From assembly GCA_902780135.1 (NCBI GenBank), contig CACZEK010000001.1, positions 64,663-128,662 on the forward strand: a stretch of 64,000 nt of DNA, given 5' to 3'. Within the stretch, counting starts at the first letter, position 1. Each line of letters opens with the position of its first letter. Position numbers and translations under genes: made by a program. The stretch is from an uncultured bacterium (GTDB lineage: Bacteria > Verrucomicrobiota > Lentisphaeria > Victivallales > UBA1829). The notes beneath the pieces are model-generated. The model did no database searches, was not told where the DNA came from, and saw only the letters and a program-made list of their open reading frames with translations. This document shows positions 11,110 to 22,104 of the stretch, one piece after another.

Positions 11110-11913
11110 ATGATCCGCACCATCATCACCGGTTCCGCCGGACGCATGGGCAAGGCGCTCGTCGCCGCCATCGCCGCCAACCCTGAATTCACGCTCGCGG
11201 GCGCCACCGAATATCCCGCCAGCCCGCTCATCGGGCAGGATGCCGGGACCGTCGCCGGAGTCGCCACGCTCAACGTGCCGGTCTCCGCCTCGCTCACGCC
11301 CGAAATGCTCGCGAACGCCGACGCCATCATCGACTTCAGCACCGGAAACGTGCTGGAGAACGCCCGCGCCGCAGCGAAGGCGGGGCTCTCCATCGTGATC
11401 GGCACGACCGCGCTCACCGACGCCGACAAGGCGGCTCTCCGCGAACTCTCCGCACAGGGCGCGCGCATCGTCCAGACGTTCAACTACAGCGTCGGCGTGA
11501 ACCTGCTCTTCTTCCTCTCCGGCAAGACCGCCTCGCTCCTCGCCGACGATTTCGACATGGAGATCATCGAGGCGCACCACAACCAGAAGAAGGACGCCCC
11601 GAGCGGGACCGCCGTCCGCCTCGCCGAAGTCCTCTGCGAAGCCGCGGACCGCACCCAGGACGACCTCGTCTACGGCAGACAGGGCATCGTCGGCGCGCGC
11701 ACCCGCCGCGAGATCGGCATCCACGCCGTGCGCGGCGGCGACATCGTGGGCGACCACACCGTGCTCTTCGCGGGCGACGGCGAACGCATCGAGCTGACGC
11801 ACCGCGCGTCCAGCCGCATGACCTTCGCGAAAGGCGCGCTCCGCGCCGCCAAGTGGCTCGCAAAGGCTTCCGCCGGGTACTACGACATGCAGGACGTGCT
11901 CGGGCTGAAGTAA
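11110..11913 (+). CDS. dapB: 4-hydroxy-tetrahydrodipicolinate reductase
   Basis: GSAGRMG, IDFS, IGTT, EAHHNQKKDAPSGTA, RGGDIVGDH. Confidence 0.97.
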   Translation: MIRTIITGSAGRMGKALVAAIAANPEFTLAGATEYPASPLIGQDAGTVAGVATLNVPVSASLTPEMLANADAIIDFSTGNVLENARAAAKAGLSIVIGTTALTDADKAALRELSAQGARIVQTFNYSVGVNLLFFLSGKTASLLADDFDMEIIEAHHNQKKDAPSGTAVRLAEVLCEAADRTQDDLVYGRQGIVGARTRREIGIHAVRGGDIVGDHTVLFAGDGERIELTHRASSRMTFAKGALRAAKWLAKASAGYYDMQDVLGLK

Positions 11914-11938
11914 GTCCGGGCGCAGCAGGGAGCCGCAC

Positions 11939-12292
11939 ATGCCGATCGACCTCAAAATCGGAAAACTCGTGAACAGGACCGTCTGGCAGCCGGACAAGAA
12001 TCAGATTGTCATCGACCAGACGCTTGAGCTCACGTGCGACTGCGGCACCACCATCATCGTCGAACAGCACATCGACGGAATGACCATGATCGAGGGCGTC
12101 CGCCATCCGATCAAAGCCGGAAAGAACACCCTCGAACTGAAGCAGATGCGCATCGTGAACCCGCGCACGGTCCGCCCCGACGGCGAGCCCGCGCTCTACG
12201 ACCTCGCGGTCCGCGTCTACGCCGTGGGGATCGACCCCATCCTCGTTTCGGAATCCGTTTCATTTCTCAACCTCGTAAAGGACCATTCATGA
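11939..12292 (+). CDS. Hypothetical protein resembling a stand-alone GH2/beta-mannosidase Ig-like domain
   Basis: Beta-strand pattern and [20 protein letters not shown] resembling NP-x-LWWP-x-G-x-x-LY; ATGA overlap with icd. Confidence 0.5.
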   Translation: MPIDLKIGKLVNRTVWQPDKNQIVIDQTLELTCDCGTTIIVEQHIDGMTMIEGVRHPIKAGKNTLELKQMRIVNPRTVRPDGEPALYDLAVRVYAVGIDPILVSESVSFLNLVKDHS

Positions 12293-13539
12293 GCTATCAG
12301 AAAATCCGTCCGGTCGACGGCGACCGCATCACAGCGAATCCCGACGGCAGCCTTATCGTCCCCGACCAGCCGATCATCCCGTTCATCGAGGGCGACGGCA
12401 TCGGCCCCGACATCACGGCGGCCTCCATGCACATCTGGAACACCGCCATCGCGAAAGCCTACGGCGGCAAGCGCAAAATCGCCTGGATGGAAGTCTACGC
12501 CGGCGAGAAGTCCTGCGAAGTCTACGGCGAGGGCGTCTGGCTCCCCGACGAAACGCTCGAAGCCATCTCCGACCACCGCATCGCCATCAAGGGCCCGCTC
12601 ACGACACCCGTCGGAAAGGGCATCCGCTCGCTCAACGTGACCCTCCGCCAGAAGCTCGACCTCTACGTCTGCCTGCGCCCGGTCCGCTACTTCCAGGGCG
12701 TCCCGTCCCCGGTCAAGCACCCCGAGCTCACCGACATGGTCGTCTTCCGCGAGAACACCGAGGACATCTACGCGGGCATCGAATGGGCGTCCGGCACGCC
12801 CGAGGTGCAGAAGGTCATTGCGTTCCTTCAGAACGAAATGGGCGTCGCCAAGATCCGCTTCCCGGAAACGTCCGCCATCGGCATCAAGCCGGTCTCGAAG
12901 GAAGGCTCCGAGCGCCTCATCCGCGCCGCCATCCGCTATGCCATCGACAACCACCGCAAGAGCGTCACGTTCGTCCACAAGGGCAACATCATGAAGTTCA
13001 CCGAGGGCGGCTTCCGCGACTGGGGCTACGCGCTCGCGAAACGCGAGTTCCCGGAGCAGACCGTGACGTGGGAAGAATGCGGCGGCGTTGTGCCTGAAGG
13101 AAAGATTCTCATCAAGGACTGCATCTGCGACGCGTTCCTGCAGCAGATCCTGACCCGTCCCGCCGAATACGACGTGATCGCCACGATGAACCTGAACGGC
13201 GACTACGTGTCGGACGCGCTGGCGGCGAGCGTCGGCGGCATCGGCATCGCTCCGGGCGCGAACATCAACTACGTCGGAGGCAAGGCGATCTTCGAGGCCA
13301 CGCACGGCACCGCGCCCAAGTACAAAGGGCTCGACAAGGTCAATCCCTGCTCGCTCGCGCTCTCCGGCGAAATGCTCCTCCGCCACATCGGCTGGACCGA
13401 AGCCGCCGACCTCGTGATCCGCGGCATCGAACGCGCCATCGCGTCCAAACACGTCACCTACGACTTCGCGCGCCAGATGGAAGGCGCGACCGAGCTCCGC
13501 TGCTCCGAGTTCGCCCGCGTCATCGCGGACAACATGTAA
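12289..13539 (+). CDS. icd: NADP-dependent isocitrate dehydrogenase
   Basis: [51 protein letters not shown]; start set to MSYQ at 12289. Confidence 0.97.
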   Translation: MSYQKIRPVDGDRITANPDGSLIVPDQPIIPFIEGDGIGPDITAASMHIWNTAIAKAYGGKRKIAWMEVYAGEKSCEVYGEGVWLPDETLEAISDHRIAIKGPLTTPVGKGIRSLNVTLRQKLDLYVCLRPVRYFQGVPSPVKHPELTDMVVFRENTEDIYAGIEWASGTPEVQKVIAFLQNEMGVAKIRFPETSAIGIKPVSKEGSERLIRAAIRYAIDNHRKSVTFVHKGNIMKFTEGGFRDWGYALAKREFPEQTVTWEECGGVVPEGKILIKDCICDAFLQQILTRPAEYDVIATMNLNGDYVSDALAASVGGIGIAPGANINYVGGKAIFEATHGTAPKYKGLDKVNPCSLALSGEMLLRHIGWTEAADLVIRGIERAIASKHVTYDFARQMEGATELRCSEFARVIADNM

Positions 13540-13559
13540 TATCCCCTCCCGGTGGCTTT

Positions 13560-13997
13560 ATGGATACGGACAGGCAGGATCGGCTCCGTTATTCGATCAC
13601 GAAGGACCTCCCGCGCGCGGACGTGCTCGCGCTCTACCGCGCCGCGGGCTGGTTCGGCATGTCCGATCCCGCCCCGGAGCTTGACGCCATGATCGCGAAT
13701 TCGTTCGCGGTCTCCGCGGCGTTCGATCCCGCCGGGCATCTCGTCGGCTTGGCGCGCGCGCTGTCCGACGGCGTGAGCGACGCCTACATCCTGGACGTCG
13801 TGGTCGACCCGGCGCACCGTTCGCGGGGCATCGGCCGCGAGATCGTGAAACGCCTGGCGGACCACCTGGCGTCGTGCGGCGTGGACTGGATCGTCTGCAT
13901 TGGCGTGCCCGGCACGGAGGCGTTCTACCGCGCCGCCGGAGCCGCCCCCATGGACGGACATACGCCGTTCCGGTTCGGAGGAGGAGGCAAGCCATGA
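13560..13997 (+). CDS. GNAT family acetyltransferase
   Basis: LVGLARALSDG, ILDVVVDPAHRSRGIGREIV acetyl-CoA motif A, AFY. Confidence 0.9.
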   Translation: MDTDRQDRLRYSITKDLPRADVLALYRAAGWFGMSDPAPELDAMIANSFAVSAAFDPAGHLVGLARALSDGVSDAYILDVVVDPAHRSRGIGREIVKRLADHLASCGVDWIVCIGVPGTEAFYRAAGAAPMDGHTPFRFGGGGKP

Positions 13998-14914
13998 GCG
14001 GTCCGCACGAACTCCGCCCGCCCGAGGGCTTCCGCCGCCTCGCGCTCGAAGACCGCGCGGTCCTCGAACCCTTCCTGCTCGCGTCCGGCCGCCAGAGCTG
14101 CGAATTCGCGTTCAGCAATCTTTTCCTGTGGAGCGGCACCTACCGCCCCGACTGGTGTTTCATCGGCTCCCACCTCTATCTCCTGCTCGAGACCGAGGAC
14201 ATCCTCATGTTCGCGCCGGGCGGCGCGCGCGGCCCGGACCCGGACGAGCTTCTGGCGGTGTCCGACCGCCTGATCCGGGCGGGCTACGGCGGCTCGTTCG
14301 ACCACGTGGACCAGGAGTACCTGAAGACGCACCCGGACGTCGGGACGAAGTTTTCCGCGGAACGCATGGACGACCGCTACGACGAGTACATCTACTGCGT
14401 GGACGCGCTTGTGGGCCTGCACGGGCGTCTGCTGGCGAAGAAACGCAACCTGATCGCGCAGTTCCGCGAGGACTACCCGGACGCCGTGCTGGAGCCGCTT
14501 TCCCGCGCGAATCTCGACGAGGCGCTTGCCGTCCAGCGCGACTGGTTCGCGGCGCAGGACCAGCCCGTTTCCGTCGAGGCCGCGCACGAGGCCGCCGCCA
14601 TCGGGATGCTCGCGGAGCATTTCGAGGAATTGCCCGTCGAGGGGCTTGTGCTCCGCGCCGGAGGACGCGTCGTCTCGTTCGCCGTCTACAGCCCGGTCTC
14701 GTCCGACCTCTGGACCGTCCACTTCGAGAAGACCCGCTACGAGTACAAAGGCGCTTCGCAGTACATCACGCACAGCACCGCCGCCGCGCTGCAGGGACGC
14801 GCCCGTCTGCTCAACCGCGAACAGGACCTCGGCATCCCCGGCCTGCGCCAGGCGAAAAAGTCCTACGATCCGCTCTTCATGCTCCAGAACTACAAGCTCA
14901 CCCGCCGTTCGTGA
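13994..14914 (+). CDS. DUF2156 / aminoacyl-phosphatidylglycerol synthase transferase-like domain protein
   Basis: EFAFSNLFLW, YIY...LHGRLLAKKRNLI, VHFEK, LNREQDLGIPGLRQAKKSY. Confidence 0.85.
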   Translation: MSGPHELRPPEGFRRLALEDRAVLEPFLLASGRQSCEFAFSNLFLWSGTYRPDWCFIGSHLYLLLETEDILMFAPGGARGPDPDELLAVSDRLIRAGYGGSFDHVDQEYLKTHPDVGTKFSAERMDDRYDEYIYCVDALVGLHGRLLAKKRNLIAQFREDYPDAVLEPLSRANLDEALAVQRDWFAAQDQPVSVEAAHEAAAIGMLAEHFEELPVEGLVLRAGGRVVSFAVYSPVSSDLWTVHFEKTRYEYKGASQYITHSTAAALQGRARLLNREQDLGIPGLRQAKKSYDPLFMLQNYKLTRRS

Positions 14915-15527
14915 CCGGCGTTATGACCGGTTTTGAGCCGGATCGGTTTCCGGTTTGAGTTTGTACGGGCAGAGGGTGAAACGGGATCCCGTTTTCGAGC
15001 ATGTCCGCAGTATCGGTCTTCCAGTTTTCATAGCGGCCGGTGGATACGGTCTTGCCCGGCTCGGAATCTTCGTATTCAAACATGTGAAAGCGTTCGGCAT
15101 AGTACCCCCGGCCGGGATGCAGGAAGGTCCATTCCGGCGCGGTGATGACCGCGACGCAGAGCCAGTCGCCTTCCTTTTTGACGTAGACGTGCCCGGCATA
15201 CGGCAGGTAGTGTTCCGCCCTGCCGACATGGCCGTTGACGTGTCCGGGCGAGGATGAACCGTCGGCGGCATCCGGGAGCGGGAACCCTGTTTTCAGTTCG
15301 GACGCCTGAATATAGCCGTCGGGATGATGAAAAATTTCCTCGTAAAACTCGTTCGGCTGAGCCAGCCCGATGAACCGGACCGCGTGGATCATGCGGTCTT
15401 CCGCGTTGAGTCTCCTGAATCCGTAACAGAACACTGCGGATACGGCGACCGCCGCCGCGAGGAACAGGATGCGGAAAGAGACCAGAAGAGTCTTTAAGAT
15501 CCGCCCGGTGTCCGATTTGCGTTTCAT
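14898..15527 (-). CDS. Hypothetical protein with N-terminal membrane anchor
   Basis: 209-aa ORF; basic N-terminus followed by a hydrophobic helix; no family recognised. Confidence 0.55.
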   Translation of the reverse strand: MKRKSDTGRILKTLLVSFRILFLAAAVAVSAVFCYGFRRLNAEDRMIHAVRFIGLAQPNEFYEEIFHHPDGYIQASELKTGFPLPDAADGSSSPGHVNGHVGRAEHYLPYAGHVYVKKEGDWLCVAVITAPEWTFLHPGRGYYAERFHMFEYEDSEPGKTVSTGRYENWKTDTADMLENGIPFHPLPVQTQTGNRSGSKPVITPVTNGG

Positions 15528-15543
15528 GCCGGAACGGCGGACG

Positions 15544-16413
15544 TCAGTCGAGGTTCTTGCGTCCGATCCTGATCTTGCTTTCCGGGACCTGGAAGACGTC
15601 GTCGCTGAACGTGACGTTGAGTTCGAATTCGCGCAGCAGGATGACTTCGTGGCGGTCCTCGCCGATGGTCGTCTTGGTGATGGTCGGCATCAGGACGCCG
15701 CTGCGTTTCTCGAAGCGGTCGGGCAGAGCGACGTAGAGGAGTTCCTGCCCGTCGTCGGTATACAGGATCGTTTCCATTTTGGTCGTGATGAACGTGTCGG
15801 CGTTGACATACATCACGTACGGCGCGATCTCGAGGTCGTCGACGCGGCAGACCACGCGGTAATGGCGCGCGCCGCGGAGATAGACGGTGGAGATCTCGAT
15901 GGTGCTGAACACGTCCTCAAGGTTGTTGTTCGGGTGCGAGAACGAGTTGAAGACATGGCACAGGCGGAGCTGATGCCCGGTGATCTCCGTCGCCTTGTTC
16001 TTCTTCGGGTCGATCGTCCATGCGCGCCCGCCCTTGAACAGCAGAGTGCTGAACGCCTCGCCGTTGCGGAAGGACACCTGGCGCTCGAAGTCCGGCTTGC
16101 GGAACTTGATCTCGGATTCGTACTGGTCCACCGACGTCTTCATGCGCTGCGTGAACGGGTTGTCGTCGGCGTCCACCTGGGTCTCCTCCACGATCACCTG
16201 CCGCAGGATGTAGGATTTCGCGTTCTTGAAGTTGCCTTCCGGGTCGGTCGCCGCCTCCATGTGCTTGATGAGCTGTTCGACCGTGAGGTTCGCGGGCTCG
16301 CCGGGATCGTTCAGCCCGAGGATTTCGTCGATTTCCGCTTCGGAGAGCTTGCATGCCGGGAGCATGGCGCAGAAAACGAAAACAAAAAGAACGGAAGAGA
16401 GGAATCTGGTCAT
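15544..16413 (-). CDS. Lipoprotein, LolA-like / lipoprotein-sorting fold
   Basis: Signal peptide with LPA-C lipobox; LLFKGGRAWTIDP motif; beta-rich C-terminus; start set to MTRF. Confidence 0.6.
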   Translation of the reverse strand: MTRFLSSVLFVFVFCAMLPACKLSEAEIDEILGLNDPGEPANLTVEQLIKHMEAATDPEGNFKNAKSYILRQVIVEETQVDADDNPFTQRMKTSVDQYESEIKFRKPDFERQVSFRNGEAFSTLLFKGGRAWTIDPKKNKATEITGHQLRLCHVFNSFSHPNNNLEDVFSTIEISTVYLRGARHYRVVCRVDDLEIAPYVMYVNADTFITTKMETILYTDDGQELLYVALPDRFEKRSGVLMPTITKTTIGEDRHEVILLREFELNVTFSDDVFQVPESKIRIGRKNLD

Positions 16414-16646
16414 GGGTGAGCCTTTCCGGAGAGGGTTCGCAAAAAAGAATTCAAACAGCAATATACCACAATCTTGGGGGAAATCAATAGCGGCAGGCTT
16501 TTTTTTCGGAAAAAAGACGCCTTTTGCCGGAATCGGGGAAAGACGGCAAAACGGGAAACGCCTCCGGCGGCAGGCGGCATCCCGCATCGGAGGCGTCCTT
16601 TTGCCCGCGGAGCACGCGGACGGGCGTAAAAAAGCGGAGAAACGGC

Positions 16647-18089
16647 TTACTTGAGCTTCTCCTGGAACATCTGGATCGCGAGCTTCGGGTTCGCCTTGCC
16701 GCGGCTGAGCTTCATGAGCTGGCCGACCAGGTACTGGAGCACGGCGGTCTTGCCCTCCTTGAACTGCTGGACCTGCGCCGGATTCGCGGCGATCACCTGG
16801 TCCACAAGTGCGAGGATGGCGCCCTCGTCGGACACCTGCACGAGCCCTTTCTCCTTCACGATGGAGTCGGGGTCCTTGCCCGTTTCGAACATCTCCTCGA
16901 AGACCTTCTTGGCGGTCTTGGAGTTGATGGTGGAGGCGTTCACGAGGGCGGCGAGGGCGGCGAGCGCGGCGGGCTTCACCTTGCAGCCGGCGAGCGTGCC
17001 GCCGGATTCGCCGAGCTTGCGGAGCAGCTCCGACGTGAAGAGGTTCGCGATGATCTTCGAGGCGGAGGAGCCTTTCGCCGCGGCCTCGAAGAACTCCGCG
17101 TAGGAACGGTCCGAGGTCAGGACCTGGGCGTCGTAGGGCGTCAGGCCGTAGTCGCGCACGTAGCGCTGGCGTTTGTCTGCGGGGAGCTCCGGCAGGGCGG
17201 CGCGGAAGGCGTCGAGCTCGGCGTCGGTGAACACGACCGGAAGGAGGTCGGGCTCGGGGAAGTAGCGGTAGTCGTTGGCGTTTTCCTTGGTGCGCTGGAC
17301 CACGGTCTCGCCGAGCTCGTCGTTCCAGCCGCGGGTGTCCTGTTCGATCTTCTGCCCGTTTTCAAGCTCGATGAGCTGGCGTTTGATCTCGTAGAGGATG
17401 GCGCGGTGGGCGGCGCGGAAGCTGTTCAGGTTCTTGATCTCGACCTTGGTGCCGAATTTCTCGGTGCCGCGCGGCCGCAGGGAGATGTTCACGTCGAAGC
17501 GCATCTGACCCTTTTCCATGTCGCAGTCGCTCACGTCGGCGTACTGCATGATCTCCTTGAGCGAGGAAAGGTAGGCGTACGCCTCGTCGGCGGAGCGCAT
17601 GTCCGGCTCGCTGACGATCTCGATGAGCGGCACGCCGGAGCGGTTGAAGTCGAGTCCGGTGCAGTTGGAGAAGTGCGTGGACTTGCCGGGGTCCTCCTCC
17701 AGGTGCATGCGGGTCATGCCGATCCACTTGTCGGGCAGCGGTTCGCCGGAGAAGCCCGTGCCGAAGATGTGGATGCGCCCGTTTTTGCAGATGGGCAGGT
17801 CGTACTGCGTGATCTGGTAGTCCTTCACGAGGTCCGGGTAGAAATAGCTCTTGCGGTCGAACTTGCTGAACTTCGCGATCTCGCAGCCGCACATCATGCC
17901 GGCGACGACCGCCTTGCGGACCGCCTCCTTGTTCACCACGGGCAGCACGCCGGGCATGCCCATGCAGACGGGGCAGGTATCGGTGTTCGGCGGCGCGCCG
18001 TACGTATTGGGGCAGGAACAGAACATCTTGCTTTTCGTGCGGATCTGCACGTGCGCTTCGATCCCGATCACGGGTTCATACATCGTCAT
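16647..18089 (-). CDS. gatB: Asp/Glu-tRNA amidotransferase subunit B
   Basis: VIGIEAHVQ, FDRKSYFYPDL, HLEEDPGK, DFNRSGVPLIEIVSEP, YRYFPEPDL. Confidence 0.97.
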   Translation of the reverse strand: MTMYEPVIGIEAHVQIRTKSKMFCSCPNTYGAPPNTDTCPVCMGMPGVLPVVNKEAVRKAVVAGMMCGCEIAKFSKFDRKSYFYPDLVKDYQITQYDLPICKNGRIHIFGTGFSGEPLPDKWIGMTRMHLEEDPGKSTHFSNCTGLDFNRSGVPLIEIVSEPDMRSADEAYAYLSSLKEIMQYADVSDCDMEKGQMRFDVNISLRPRGTEKFGTKVEIKNLNSFRAAHRAILYEIKRQLIELENGQKIEQDTRGWNDELGETVVQRTKENANDYRYFPEPDLLPVVFTDAELDAFRAALPELPADKRQRYVRDYGLTPYDAQVLTSDRSYAEFFEAAAKGSSASKIIANLFTSELLRKLGESGGTLAGCKVKPAALAALAALVNASTINSKTAKKVFEEMFETGKDPDSIVKEKGLVQVSDEGAILALVDQVIAANPAQVQQFKEGKTAVLQYLVGQLMKLSRGKANPKLAIQMFQEKLK

Positions 18090-18394
18090 GAGGGTTTCTC
18101 CGGAGAAGATAAGGTTTCGCGGGCCGCCTCCTGTCCGGCGGCGCGCGGTTTCAGGCATATCGTTCTAATATAGCATAAAAACAGGGATTCGTCAAGAGGA
18201 AAGGCGGTCAAAACCGCGCCATAATCCCGCCGGACCGCCGCGAATGCGTGTTTTTGGCGAAAAAAACAAGAAACGTAGTTTCTTTTTCCGGAAAATGTGA
18301 TATAGTAACTCAACAGTATTTGCAAAATCCGGGGACCCGACATGCCAAATCAGTCCGATTTTATTTGTTCCGCAGAAACGGAGGCCGTTTCGAA

Positions 18395-19729
18395 ATGAGC
18401 CGCCGCGCCATGATCATCCTGATCCTCGCGATCATCGCCGTGCACGGCATCCTGCTGTGGCTCGTCGTCGCCACAGGCTCCAACGAACAGCAGATCGCCG
18501 AAACCCGCAGGCAGATCGAGGAGGAGAACGCCCTCCGCTCCGAGATGGAAGGCGGAGAAGTCCTGCCGCCGTCCGGGCAGACGGAGCCCGCGCCGTCCGT
18601 TCAGCAGCCGGAAACGTCCGGCGTGAAACCGGACACGTCCGCGCAGACGAAGCCGCAGACCGCGACGGCGCAGACGAACACGCCGAAATCCGGCGGTTCC
18701 GCCGGGAAGGACCCGCTCGCCGATCTGCCCAAAGTGAAGGACAAGCCCGTGCCGTCCGTGCCGTCCGCGACCTACGTCCGCAAGCCGAAAAAGGCAGCCT
18801 CGATCAAGCTGGACTACTCGGGCGCCGCCCGCGACGACATCTCCGGGCTGAAGGGCATCTCGCTCGCCACGACCGGCATCCTGGTCGACATGGACAACAA
18901 CAAGGTCCTCTGGGCGAAAAACCCGTCCAAGGCGGTCCCGATCGCCTCCCTCACCAAGCTCATGACCATCATGCTCGCCTACGAGATCGCCATGGACGAC
19001 GGCTCCCCGTACACGCTCGAATCCCTGATCCCCGTCACGCCCGAGGCGATCAACACGGAAGCAAGCAAGGTCTACTTCAAAAAAGGCGAGATGTTCACCA
19101 TCCGCGAACTCCTCGTGGCGGCGTCCGTCAGGAGCGCGAACGACGCCGCGCACCTGCTGGCGGAGCACCTCGGCGGCGGCAAGGCGGACAAGTTCATCGA
19201 GGACATGAACCGCAGGGCGAAGGAAGTCGGCATGACGCACACGACCTACTTCAACGCGCACGGCCTCCCCGGAAAAAGCAAGGCGCTCGACAACCAGAGC
19301 ACGCCCGAGGACCTCGCACGCCTCTGCCTCGTCTTCCGCAACTACACCTACCTCATGGAGCTTGCCGCCCTCCGCACCGCGCCCTTCCGCGAAAAGGGGT
19401 CGCCCGACTACATGCTCCTTCAGAACCACAACAACCTGCTCCCCGGCGCGAAGACCGCCGCTCCCGGCGTGAACGGCATCAAGACCGGATTCACCAACCG
19501 CGCGGGGTTCTGCGTGGCGGCATCGTGCGAACGCAGCGGGCGGCATTTGCTTGCCATCGTGACCGGGTTCCCGTCCGCCGCCGACCGCGACAACTTCGTC
19601 CGCGTGCTGCTGGACTGGGGCTATGTGAAGATCGGCGTCGCAAAACCGAAAGCCGCTTCGTCTTCGAAAACCTCCTCGAAATCATCCTCCGCGTCCGCGA
19701 AAACCACCTCAACCAAGAAGGGCCGCTGA
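18395..19729 (+). CDS. D-alanyl-D-alanine carboxypeptidase (peptidase S11) with N-terminal anchor and low-complexity linker
   Basis: IASLTK (SxxK), SAN (SxN), IKTGFT (KTG). Confidence 0.92.
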   Translation: MSRRAMIILILAIIAVHGILLWLVVATGSNEQQIAETRRQIEEENALRSEMEGGEVLPPSGQTEPAPSVQQPETSGVKPDTSAQTKPQTATAQTNTPKSGGSAGKDPLADLPKVKDKPVPSVPSATYVRKPKKAASIKLDYSGAARDDISGLKGISLATTGILVDMDNNKVLWAKNPSKAVPIASLTKLMTIMLAYEIAMDDGSPYTLESLIPVTPEAINTEASKVYFKKGEMFTIRELLVAASVRSANDAAHLLAEHLGGGKADKFIEDMNRRAKEVGMTHTTYFNAHGLPGKSKALDNQSTPEDLARLCLVFRNYTYLMELAALRTAPFREKGSPDYMLLQNHNNLLPGAKTAAPGVNGIKTGFTNRAGFCVAASCERSGRHLLAIVTGFPSAADRDNFVRVLLDWGYVKIGVAKPKAASSSKTSSKSSSASAKTTSTKKGR

Positions 19730-19770
19730 ACCTCGTCGCAGGTCCGCGGCTTCATAGGAAGCTCCCTTCC

Positions 19771-20715
19771 ATGCGCAAACAAACAATCCTGGTCACCGGC
19801 GGAGGCGGATTCATCGGCTCTCATCTCTGCGAACTGCTGCTCTCCCGCGGCAACGACGTGATCTGCCTCGACAATTTCTTCACCGGCTCGAAAAACAACA
19901 TCCGCCATCTGCTCTCCAATCCGTCCTTCGAGCTCATCCGCCATGACGTCACCATCCCGATCGAGCTTGAGGTCGACGCCATCTACAACCTCGCCTGCCC
20001 CGCCTCCCCCGTCCATTACCAGCACGACCCCGTCCAGACCATCCGCACCAACATCCTCGGCGCCATGAACATGCTGGACCTCGCGCGCCGCCTCCGCATC
20101 CCGGTCCTCCAGAGCTCCACCAGCGAGATCTACGGCGACCCGCAGGAACATCCCCAGCGGGAATCCTACTGGGGCAACGTGAACCCGATCGGCGTCCGCA
20201 GCTGCTACGACGAGGGAAAACGCTGCGCCGAGACCCTTTTCTTCGACTATCACCGCCAGTACGGGATCCCGATCAAGGTCGTCCGCATCTTTAACACCTA
20301 CGGCCCGCGCATGCTCCCCAACGACGGCCGCGTCGTCAGCAACTTCATCGTGCAGGCGCTGAAGGGCAGCGACATCACCATCTACGGCGACGGCTCCCAG
20401 ACGCGCAGTTTCTGCTGCGTCTCCGACCTGGTCGCCGGGCTCGCCGCCATGATGCAGACGCCGAACCGCGTAACCGGCCCGGTCAACCTCGGCAATCCCG
20501 GCGAATTCACCGTCCGCGAACTCGCCGAGACCATCATCCGCCTCACCGGCTCGAAATCGAAGATCGTATACAAGCCGCTCCCGCAGGACGACCCCGCCCG
20601 GCGCAAGCCGGACGTCACGCTCGCCCGCGAACTGCTCGGCTGGACGCCGGAAATCGCCCTCGAGGACGGCCTCCGGCAAACCATCGACTATTTCCGCAAC
20701 CTGAAGGAATTCTGA
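19771..20715 (+). CDS. UDP-glucuronic acid decarboxylase family protein
   Basis: [46 protein letters not shown]. Confidence 0.93.
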   Translation: MRKQTILVTGGGGFIGSHLCELLLSRGNDVICLDNFFTGSKNNIRHLLSNPSFELIRHDVTIPIELEVDAIYNLACPASPVHYQHDPVQTIRTNILGAMNMLDLARRLRIPVLQSSTSEIYGDPQEHPQRESYWGNVNPIGVRSCYDEGKRCAETLFFDYHRQYGIPIKVVRIFNTYGPRMLPNDGRVVSNFIVQALKGSDITIYGDGSQTRSFCCVSDLVAGLAAMMQTPNRVTGPVNLGNPGEFTVRELAETIIRLTGSKSKIVYKPLPQDDPARRKPDVTLARELLGWTPEIALEDGLRQTIDYFRNLKEF

Positions 20716-22100
20716 TGTTCGACGTTTCATTCACGCTTCATGAGCTGCTCCGCGCCACGGAAGGCCGCCTCGTCGGCGACAATGCGCCCGCGGCGGTCGA
20801 CTCCGTTTTCACGGACACCCGCGAATCCGCGAAGAACGCCCTCTTCCTCGCGTTCTCCGGCGAACAGTTCGACGCCCACGATTACCTCGCGCAGGCCGTC
20901 GCAAACGGCGCTTCACTCCTCTGCGTCGAGGAGTCCAAGCTCGACAGGCTCCCGCCCGGCGCGCCCGCCATCGCCGTCCCCTCGACCGTGACCGCCTTCC
21001 AGCGCATCGCCAGGTTCCACCGCCTGCGCTTCCCGAACCTGAAAGTCATCCTGCTGTCCGGCTCCTGCGGCAAGACCAGCACGAAGGAATCCCTGCGCGC
21101 GGTCTTCACGCACGCCATGGACTCCATCAGCGTGCTGGCGACCGAGGGCAACACCAACAACCAGATCGGGCTGCCGCAGAACCTCCTCCGCCTCAACGCG
21201 CGCCACCGCGTCGCCATCCTGGAGGCCGGGACCAACCACCACGGCGAACTCGAACCGCTTTCCTTCTGCGCCATGCCCGACCTCGCGATCATCGTCTCCA
21301 TCGCGAACTGCCACCTCGAATTCCTCGGCTCCCTCGAGGGCGTCGCGCAGGAAAAATCCAAACTCTTCTCCCACCTCGCGCCGGACGGATTCGCCATCAT
21401 CCCGGCGCAGTGCCCCGGACAGGACATCCTCGCCCGCGCAGCCGCGCCCTTCCGCACCGCCACCTTCGGGTTCGCGGGCGCCGACGCCGACCTCACGGCA
21501 CGTTATCTCGGCGGCAATCTGCACGGGGCGAAATTCACGCTCACGCGCGAGTCGACCGGCGAGACCGTCTCCGTCCAGTGGGGCATCCCGGGACGGCATC
21601 AGGCGGGAAACGCGGCGGCCGCCGCGCTCGCCGCGCTCACCTTCGGCATCCCGTTCGAGATCATCGCCGAGGGGCTTTCCCGCACGACGCTCCCCGGACT
21701 CCGCATGCGCGTCTCCGAACACGGCGGCTCTACGTGGATCAACGACGCCTACAACGCGAACCCGGACAGCATGGCGGCCTCGCTGAACTGGCTTTCCGAA
21801 TTCGCCGACCCGGAAAAACTCGTGCTCGTGCTCGGCGACATGGGCGAACTCGGCGCATCGTCCGGCGAGGGGCACAGGTCCGTCTGCGACCTCGCGAAAC
21901 GCCTCTTCCCCGGCGCGCGGGTCCTCGCCGTCGGCCCGCACATGACCGCCGCCGCGCAGGATGCCGGACTGGACTGCACCGCGTTTCCGTCCGCGCAGGC
22001 CGCCGCCGAAGCATCCATTCAGATTGAGGCGGGCAGCCTGGTCTTCCTGAAGGCGTCCCGTTCGACGCATCTCGAGCTTCTGGAACCCGCCGGAGCCTGA
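20715..22100 (+). CDS. murF: UDP-N-acetylmuramoyl-tripeptide--D-Ala-D-Ala ligase
   Basis: SGSCGKTSTKE, NTNNQIGLP, EAGTNHHGE, INDAYNANP, LGDMGELG, KASR. Confidence 0.93.
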   Translation: MFDVSFTLHELLRATEGRLVGDNAPAAVDSVFTDTRESAKNALFLAFSGEQFDAHDYLAQAVANGASLLCVEESKLDRLPPGAPAIAVPSTVTAFQRIARFHRLRFPNLKVILLSGSCGKTSTKESLRAVFTHAMDSISVLATEGNTNNQIGLPQNLLRLNARHRVAILEAGTNHHGELEPLSFCAMPDLAIIVSIANCHLEFLGSLEGVAQEKSKLFSHLAPDGFAIIPAQCPGQDILARAAAPFRTATFGFAGADADLTARYLGGNLHGAKFTLTRESTGETVSVQWGIPGRHQAGNAAAAALAALTFGIPFEIIAEGLSRTTLPGLRMRVSEHGGSTWINDAYNANPDSMAASLNWLSEFADPEKLVLVLGDMGELGASSGEGHRSVCDLAKRLFPGARVLAVGPHMTAAAQDAGLDCTAFPSAQAAAEASIQIEAGSLVFLKASRSTHLELLEPAGA

Positions 22101-22104
22101 CGCC

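Noticed and set aside
4199-18089. Split gatCA and gatB as a novelty
   Set aside because: Separated gat genes are common in bacteria.
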